Origin: an uncultured Solirubrobacteraceae bacterium
GTDB taxonomy: Bacteria; Actinomycetota; Thermoleophilia; Solirubrobacterales; Solirubrobacteraceae
Assembly: GCA_964588985.1 (NCBI GenBank)
Contig: CAZPQW010000008.1
Coordinates: 32,001 to 96,000 of the forward strand
Reading direction: 5' to 3'
Length of the DNA stretch: 64,000 nt
Of the stretch, positions 57,813-64,000 are shown piece after piece. Every line of letters begins with the position of its first letter. The first letter of the stretch is position 1. The position numbers were made by a program, and so were the translations under genes. The notes under the pieces are model-generated. The model saw nothing but the letters and a program-made list of their open reading frames with translations, was not told where the DNA came from and ran no database searches.

Positions 57813-58316
57813 ATGTATCGGAGACTTGTCCTTGCGCTCGCAGTATGCGCCCCGGTCGCGGCCTTCGTCCTGTTGACCAGCCAGCCGGTCCGATACGCTT
57901 CGCGTCTGGCGCCACCTCTGCCGCGTTACGCACTAGTGCCCCCGGTCGTATCCATCGCATCGCTGAGGGGTGGCCCTGTGCTTGTGAACTTCTGGGCTAG
58001 CTGGTGTCATCCCTGCCAGGAAGAGGCTGCTGCGCTCGCCGCTTTCGCACACACTCGAAGAGCCCACGGTCGGCTCGTCGGCATCGATGTCGGGGACGAC
58101 GCTGCGGACGGCGAGAAGTTTGTCGCCCGGTACAAGTGGGATTTTTCGGCTCTTCGTGATCCCAGCGAAAGGGTCGCTGGTGCGTACGCCGTACCGGGTC
58201 TGCCGACGACGATCATCCTTGATAGCCAGAGCCGCATCATCGGGCGGCTTTTCGGGCCTCAGACCGAGGTATCACTCAGCCATGCGCTGCAGCTCGCCTC
58301 GGCGGGCCATGTCTGA
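57813..58316 (+). CDS. TlpA/ResA-like membrane-anchored thiol-disulfide reductase
   Basis: N-terminal TM, 'VNFWASWCHPC', 'GLPTT'. Confidence 0.85.
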   Translation: MYRRLVLALAVCAPVAAFVLLTSQPVRYASRLAPPLPRYALVPPVVSIASLRGGPVLVNFWASWCHPCQEEAAALAAFAHTRRAHGRLVGIDVGDDAADGEKFVARYKWDFSALRDPSERVAGAYAVPGLPTTIILDSQSRIIGRLFGPQTEVSLSHALQLASAGHV

Positions 58317-58401
58317 TGTGCTGGTGATCCCACACGCCATGCAAAGACGCTTCCGCCGCCCATAGGCGACGGAAGCGGGCGCGGTGCTCGTTACGTCCTG
58401 G

Positions 58402-58764
58402 TCATTCCGTCCGTTTGTATTTGGCGCTAAAGCCCGATGTGAACGTCGAGTGGTCGTGCGCGTAGGGTTCCGAGTTGATGGTTTTAAAGGCTTCAAAAAT
58501 CTGCGCACGTGCTTCCGGCGGGCAGATAAGGCCTTCGTTGCGTATGCCAGGGCAAATGATTCCTACACCTGCTGGTTCGGTTAGGTTCCAGATCAATTCC
58601 ACTTTCGGACCGAACACGCTTTCGCCGCTTTTGATTCCGTGGTTGGTGGCCCACTGGACCCATTCGGATGCGCTCGCCTGGCCGACTCCAACTGTCGACA
58701 TGGAAGTTGTAATAACTGCCACAGTGCATAGGAAGCGCCTTGCTGCACGTGGAGAGATGGCCAT
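58402..58764 (-). CDS. Small secreted hypothetical protein
   Basis: GAGGA SD, signal peptide ending ASA, two Cys in the mature part; lower GC. Confidence 0.65.
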   Translation of the reverse strand: MAISPRAARRFLCTVAVITTSMSTVGVGQASASEWVQWATNHGIKSGESVFGPKVELIWNLTEPAGVGIICPGIRNEGLICPPEARAQIFEAFKTINSEPYAHDHSTFTSGFSAKYKRTE

Positions 58765-58768
58765 CCTC

Positions 58769-59434
58769 TCATCCTCCTTGGATTGTGATGGTAGAGCCAC
58801 CGGGCAATGGGGTAAGGCTTACCGGCACGCTCGCTGACTCTAGAGCCCATCCGTTCTCTACGACGGGAACCGCTCTAGTGGTCCCGTCCGAAAAGGCGAC
58901 CTGTACTGATGACACGCCGGTTGGCTCGATACCGGCCATCGCCACGTTTCCCCCCGTTGGATAGTAATAAGTCTCAAACGTACCTTGAGAATTGGCAGCT
59001 GGCTCAGTGCATGTCGAGCCTTTCGGGTAGCGACCGTCAGCGCTGCGGTTAGGAGAGATTGTGACACATATCCCGCCTTCACCGGACTGAGAGATCCAGC
59101 TCGCGACGGCCGGTGCCGTCGTGGGCAGCCGCCGAATCGTGGATGGTATTGGGAAGTTCGGGCCGTCGGAGCCCGGTTCGAGTCGCCAGGTTGGTCCGTC
59201 GGCGCCAATCGTGGCGGCAGCGGCGAATGCCGCACTTGGAGTCAGGCCAGTCGGTCCGGTGCTGTTGAGCGCCGGATAAAGCTCTGAAATCGACGGCGTC
59301 GTTGCTGCGGTTGCTTTGCCACTGCCAGTGTCAATGAAATAAATGAGCGTCGCGGTGGCTGCGAGGCAGACTAGGCCCGCAAGCTGGGCCAGTCTCTTAC
59401 CCCGCAGGCTGAAACCATCGAGGGGGCCTGTCAT
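58769..59434 (-). CDS. Membrane-anchored or secreted hypothetical protein
   Basis: GAGG SD, N-terminal TM, 'G.EP.GVSSV.V...DG....VPV.ENG' C-terminal domain. Confidence 0.65.
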   Translation of the reverse strand: MTGPLDGFSLRGKRLAQLAGLVCLAATATLIYFIDTGSGKATAATTPSISELYPALNSTGPTGLTPSAAFAAAATIGADGPTWRLEPGSDGPNFPIPSTIRRLPTTAPAVASWISQSGEGGICVTISPNRSADGRYPKGSTCTEPAANSQGTFETYYYPTGGNVAMAGIEPTGVSSVQVAFSDGTTRAVPVVENGWALESASVPVSLTPLPGGSTITIQGG

Positions 59435-59702
59435 AGATTACTTCCTCTCGGTAGGCTCTACATGGATCAGGCTAGTGAAATGATATTAGCAGCTCGCACC
59501 CGAGACCGTCGAGCAGGATTCACTCCGCATGCGTCAAACTCGAACCATGGCATGTAGCCTAGCGTCCGAGGTCGATCGATGATGCTAGCTCAGCATCTTG
59601 GCACTTGTGGCTGAAGGCCATGAGGTAAATGAACCTGGTTGACTCGGCCGCACCGGAACCCGGCGTAGCCGTTTTAGTTCCCGGCATTTATCGGGCCATT
59701 AG

Positions 59703-61556
59703 CTAGAGCGCGTCGAACAGGCGCCCGACGGTCCTCGCGGCCGGCTTGGCCCGCCCGGCGTAGGTGAACAGCCCCTTCTGGTTGATCCCTTCGATCAGCT
59801 TCAGGCGCGGCAGCACGCGGTGGATCGAGCCGCCGTTGAAGGTCGGCGTGAGCGGGTAGTCGCGCAGCAGCCACACGAGCATCGCGCTGAGCTTCGGGTC
59901 GGCGGCGTACACGGCGATGTGCGCCGCGAGCAGCCGCGACTGGAACGCGTAGCTCCCGGCGCTCCCCGGCGGGTTGAGCGCGTTCGATTCGGCGCCGAAC
60001 TCGCTGATCACGAGCACCTTGCCCGCGAACGTGCGCTCCATCGCCGCGAGTCGCGCGCGCATCTGCGCCCGCAGCTGGGCGGTCGTCGCGTGCGGCGAGT
60101 CATACCAGCCGGAGTAGTCCGTCTCGGCGACCGCGTCCGCTTCCGAGTACAGCGCGCCCGCGTGCACGGGCGGGTGAGTGCCCCACACGTCCACCGCGAC
60201 CATCCGCGTCGGGTCGTGCGCGTGCAGCCAGCCGCACAGGTCGCGCACGTATCGGATCTCCTCGCTCGAGTGCCCGTTGTCGGCGACCTCGTTGACGAGG
60301 TTCCACGCGAAGATCGACGGGTGCAGCTCGGCGGCGGTCGCCGCGGTGCGCGCCTGCTGCTCGGCTTCCGCGTTCAGTTGCGGCGTGCTCGGGAGCCAGT
60401 TGCCGGCGCCTTCCACCGGCCCGACCCCCTGCCACACGAGGATCCCCGCCGCGTCGAGCCGTTCCAGCAGAGCGGGGTCGAGCGGGTGCTGCGCGCGTGC
60501 CGCGTTCGCGTGGATCGCCTTCAGCTCCGCCACGATCTCGTCCTCGTCGCTCGCGGTGAGCGCGTCGCCGTGTCCGCGCGCGTCCTCCTGGATCGACGCG
60601 CCGTGGAGCTTCAGCTGTTCTCCATTTAGATAGATATGGCCGCCGTGCCAGGTCAGCTGGCGCAGGCCGATCCGTGCGCTGTAGCTGGACTCCGCGCCGG
60701 CCGCCAGGGTCAGCTGGTAGAGGTTGGGATGCGTCGGCGACCACAGGGCGGGCTGAGTCACGTCCGCGGTTGCCGTCGCGGTCGCCGACTGGCCCTGGGC
60801 GAGCGTCACCGCGTGGAACGCGAGGGGGATCGTCTGGGCTTCGTGGACGAGCGAGCCCGTGGGGACGATCGTCCGTTCGGGCCCGTAGTTGTGCACCAAC
60901 ACGCTCACCTTCACGCGCGCGTCGCCGGCCTGCAGGGTCGTCTGGAGCGTGGGGCTCGACAGCTCGCTCGCGCCGATCGGGCGCACTTCGACCTCGCCGT
61001 CGAGGCCGCCCCAGTTGAACCACGTGCGGTGAAAGCCCGCGCGCGACTGCGCCGCGGGGTTGCGCCAGTCGATCCGCACGACCACCGCGTGCGTGCCCGC
61101 GGCAAGGCTCGCGCGCTCTTCGAACGGCACGTAGGAGCCCCGGTGCGAGCCGAGTTTGCGCCCGTCCACGAACACGCTCGCCTGGAAGTTCGCCGACTGG
61201 AAGCTCAGCGCGTAGGTGCCCGCCTGCGCGGCCTTGAACGTCGTGCGGTACCACGCCACCGAGCCTTCGTAGTTGACCGTTCCCCTGGGGCCGGTGTAGT
61301 GGGTGGCGTCGACCACGTTCGGAACGGTCACGGCGGCGCCCGAGAAGCGGCCGCGCTGCCAGCCGAGCGCCGCGCCGTGGTCCTTCGGGTCGGTGCGCAG
61401 CGTCCAACGAGTGAGCGCGGTGCGCCCGCCTGGGCCTTCGAACAGCAGCAGCTGGCTCGGCGGCGCGTACGCCGCGGCGGCGGTCGCCGCGAGCATCAGG
61501 CAGGCGATCGCGATAGCTAACGCTGTCTTTCGCTGAAGCATGTTCTCCCTCAACAA
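59703..61556 (-). CDS. Secreted glycoside hydrolase family 2 (beta-glucuronidase-like)
   Basis: 'WYRTTF', 'LWSP..P.LY', 'WNLVNE', 'ISEFGAE', 'NQKGLF'. Confidence 0.88.
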   Translation of the reverse strand: MLRENMLQRKTALAIAIACLMLAATAAAAYAPPSQLLLFEGPGGRTALTRWTLRTDPKDHGAALGWQRGRFSGAAVTVPNVVDATHYTGPRGTVNYEGSVAWYRTTFKAAQAGTYALSFQSANFQASVFVDGRKLGSHRGSYVPFEERASLAAGTHAVVVRIDWRNPAAQSRAGFHRTWFNWGGLDGEVEVRPIGASELSSPTLQTTLQAGDARVKVSVLVHNYGPERTIVPTGSLVHEAQTIPLAFHAVTLAQGQSATATATADVTQPALWSPTHPNLYQLTLAAGAESSYSARIGLRQLTWHGGHIYLNGEQLKLHGASIQEDARGHGDALTASDEDEIVAELKAIHANAARAQHPLDPALLERLDAAGILVWQGVGPVEGAGNWLPSTPQLNAEAEQQARTAATAAELHPSIFAWNLVNEVADNGHSSEEIRYVRDLCGWLHAHDPTRMVAVDVWGTHPPVHAGALYSEADAVAETDYSGWYDSPHATTAQLRAQMRARLAAMERTFAGKVLVISEFGAESNALNPPGSAGSYAFQSRLLAAHIAVYAADPKLSAMLVWLLRDYPLTPTFNGGSIHRVLPRLKLIEGINQKGLFTYAGRAKPAARTVGRLFDAL

Positions 61557-61569
61557 CTTCCGCGCGCGA

Positions 61570-63909
61570 TCAGAGCGGCGCGACCACAGCGGGCTCGGCC
61601 GCCGCGGCGAGCAGCCGCTCGAGCAGCACGCGCGCGCCGGCCTTGTGCAGGGGTTCGTTGAGGTTGCCGCACTTGGGCGACTGTACGCACGACGGGCAGC
61701 CTTTGGAGCACGGGCACTCCGCGATCAGGCGGTGCGCGTCGCCGCACAGCTCCTCGAAACGAGCGAACGCCGTGCGCGTGATTCCGATCCCACCCGGGTG
61801 GCCGTCATATATAAAAATCGTCGGAACCCCGGTCTGCGGGTGGAAGTTCGTCGACAGGCCGCCGATGTCCCAGCGGTCGCACATCGCGATCAGCGGCAGC
61901 ACCGCGATCTGCGCATGCTCCGTCGCGTGCAGCGAGCCCAGCAGCGCCTCCATCGACAGCTCCTCCGCCAGCTCCGTCGCGTCGAGCTCGAACCACAGCG
62001 CCTGCGTCGAGAAGCTCGTCGACGGCAGGTCGAGCGCCACGATGTCCACCTGCGCGTGGTCGATGAGTCGCCTGCGCTGGTAGGCGAGCACCGTGTCGGT
62101 CACCGACACCTCGCCAAACGACAGCGTTACCCCAAGCGTTTCGCGGCGATCGAGCAGTTTCACGATCTCCGTGTCGGTGTCGCTCTTCGGCTGCGTGTAC
62201 CAGTCGCCGTCGAACGGCGACACCAGCGCGCGGCGGCGCTCGAGGTCGAGCTCGCGGACCTCGTACGAGCGCCCCTGGTGCATGTAGATCGCGCCCTCGT
62301 GCACCGTCGAGTGGGCGCGCGCCGCCTCCGTGGAGCCGAGCAGCTCGCCCGAGGAGACGTCCACGATCGCGAAGCTCTCAGGCGAAGCCGAGCGCAGCGA
62401 CACCTCGCCCGCCGGGTAGCCGCCCGGCTGGCGCAGCACGTACGTCGTCGGCGCCACCGTCCCACGGCGCCTGAGCGCGCCCGCGCTCTCCAGGTGCTCC
62501 GCGTGAGTCTCCCAGCGCGGCCCCAGGAACTCCGCGTCCCCGCCGCTCAGCGGACCCTCGTGCGCCGCGCACAGCAGGTGCGAGCGGAAGATCGGCGCGC
62601 TCTCGTGGTCGAGGATCGCCGCCTCCACCGGCCGGTCGAGGAAGTCTTCGGGGTGGCGGCAGAAGAACTGGTCGAGCGCGTCCTCGCCCGCCACGTACAT
62701 CGCCAGGCCCCGCCCGCGGCGTCCCGCACGCCCCCACATCTGGCGCAGCGACGCGACCGTGCCGGGGAACGTCACCACCACCGCCGCGTCGAGCTCGCCG
62801 ATGTCGATCCCCAGCTCCAGCGCGTCGGTCGTGATCACCGCGTGCAGCTCGCCCTTCGTCAACCGCGCCTCCAGCTCGCGACGCTGCTGGGCGGTGTAGC
62901 CCGCGCGGTAGGGGACCACCAGCTCGGCCAGCCTGTGCCCGTCAGGGTGCTCCGGGTCGGTGTCCTGCAGGTCCTGTTTGACCAGGCGCGCCAGCACCTC
63001 CACGCCCTTGCGCGACTTCATGAAGCAGATCGTCCGCGCGCCGTCGCGCACCAGCCGCGCCAACAGCTCCGCCGCCTCGCCCAGCGCCGAGCGGCGCGTG
63101 CCGAGCTTGTCGTCCGTCAGAGGCGGGTTCCACACCGCGATTCGCCGCTGCGGCGCCGGCGAGCCGTCCTCGTCGATCAGGCGCACGTCCTCCAGGCCCG
63201 TCAGACGCTCCGCCAGCTCGACCGGGTTCGCGATCGTCGCCGAGGTCATCAGGAAGATTGGCTCCGTTCCATAAGCCGCCGCGATCCGGCGCAGGCGGCG
63301 CAGCACGTTCGCCACGTGCGAGCCGAACACGCCGCGGTACACGTGCGCCTCGTCGATCACCACCACCGCCAGGTTCGCGAACAGGTCCGCCCACGCCGCG
63401 TGGTTCGGCAGGATGCCCACGTGCAGCATGTCGGGGTTCGTCAGCACCACGTTCGCCGACCTGCGGATCTGCGCGCGCGCCTCGCGCGGCGTGTCGCCGT
63501 CGTAGATCGCCGGGCGCACCCGCTTCGGCAGGCCGAACGAGGTCAGCGCGCGCGCCTGGTCCTGGGCGAGCGCCTTCGTCGGATACAGGTACAGCGCCCG
63601 CGCACGCGTCTGTTCGCACAGGATGTGAAGCGTCGGCAGGTTGAAGCACATCGACTTCCCCGACGCCGTCCCCGTCGTCACGATCGTCGGGCCTTCGGTC
63701 GCAGCGTGGATCGCCTCCGCCTGGTGGGAGTACAGGCGCTCGATCCCCATCCGCTCGAGCGCTGCCAGCACCTCCGGGTGAAGTTCCACAGGAACGTTTA
63801 TCAGCCGCGCCTTGGTCGGGCCTTCGCGCGCCTCGCGCACCAGCCGCCCGTCCTCCAACCCTGCATCGAGCAGCGCGCTCCACGGCTCGGTTTTACGGTC
63901 GAGGGCCAA
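61570..63909 (-). CDS. DEAH helicase with DUF1998 (Hrq1/YprA/SftH-like)
   Basis: 'TGTASGKS', 'YPTKALAQDQ', 'DEAH', 'SAT', 'GRAGR', 'CPCSKGCPSC'; start uncertain (63909-63981). Confidence 0.92.
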   Translation of the reverse strand: MALDRKTEPWSALLDAGLEDGRLVREAREGPTKARLINVPVELHPEVLAALERMGIERLYSHQAEAIHAATEGPTIVTTGTASGKSMCFNLPTLHILCEQTRARALYLYPTKALAQDQARALTSFGLPKRVRPAIYDGDTPREARAQIRRSANVVLTNPDMLHVGILPNHAAWADLFANLAVVVIDEAHVYRGVFGSHVANVLRRLRRIAAAYGTEPIFLMTSATIANPVELAERLTGLEDVRLIDEDGSPAPQRRIAVWNPPLTDDKLGTRRSALGEAAELLARLVRDGARTICFMKSRKGVEVLARLVKQDLQDTDPEHPDGHRLAELVVPYRAGYTAQQRRELEARLTKGELHAVITTDALELGIDIGELDAAVVVTFPGTVASLRQMWGRAGRRGRGLAMYVAGEDALDQFFCRHPEDFLDRPVEAAILDHESAPIFRSHLLCAAHEGPLSGGDAEFLGPRWETHAEHLESAGALRRRGTVAPTTYVLRQPGGYPAGEVSLRSASPESFAIVDVSSGELLGSTEAARAHSTVHEGAIYMHQGRSYEVRELDLERRRALVSPFDGDWYTQPKSDTDTEIVKLLDRRETLGVTLSFGEVSVTDTVLAYQRRRLIDHAQVDIVALDLPSTSFSTQALWFELDATELAEELSMEALLGSLHATEHAQIAVLPLIAMCDRWDIGGLSTNFHPQTGVPTIFIYDGHPGGIGITRTAFARFEELCGDAHRLIAECPCSKGCPSCVQSPKCGNLNEPLHKAGARVLLERLLAAAAEPAVVAPL

Positions 63910-64000
63910 GGACTTGAGATAGTAGGGGGGATGTCCGCCGAGGTCGCCGAGCGCTGGGCCAAAGCCCGCTCCTTCCACCATTCGCTCTATCCCGCCGAGC

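Noticed and set aside
61570-63981. DISARM or Druantia defence system based on the DUF1998 helicase
   Set aside because: No partner defence genes are visible on the side within the window; it fits a stand-alone YprA/SftH-type repair helicase.
1-64000. CRISPR arrays, tRNA or rRNA genes, and the many Arg/Pro-rich alternate-frame ORFs
   Set aside because: No regular repeat-spacer pattern or tRNA/rRNA signature was noticed by eye, so the tRNA reading UUA is apparently not in this window. The shadow ORFs are expected in high-GC DNA.

Overview
High-GC actinobacterial DNA; the secreted-protein families look like Solirubrobacterales/Thermoleophilia (inference, no search run). Layout: (1) ~1.9-27 kb, a secreted/surface-protein region with four copies of a small secreted beta-protein cassette, a duplicated propeller-protein gene, an FN3-repeat protein and a nested IS pile (IS481 remnant, three IS3, one IS30). 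(2) Core genes polX, a ppm1-like GT2, trxA and ileS. (3) ~30.7-55.5 kb, a surface-glycan locus containing a nine-gene block that parallels the lincosamide GDP-octose pathway. (4) fumC, a small lower-GC island, a GH2 and a DUF1998 helicase. The most unusual signal is the four-copy cassette. Each gene carries 14-15 TTA codons at conserved alternating positions. Each is preceded by a conserved promoter box and a TTA-containing leader ORF overlapping an anti-Shine-Dalgarno sequence, and followed by a conserved hairpin. This suggests a UUA-codon-gated (bldA-like) or codon-recoding surface-protein system. All calls come from reading the sequence by eye; several starts were re-chosen relative to the ORF track.
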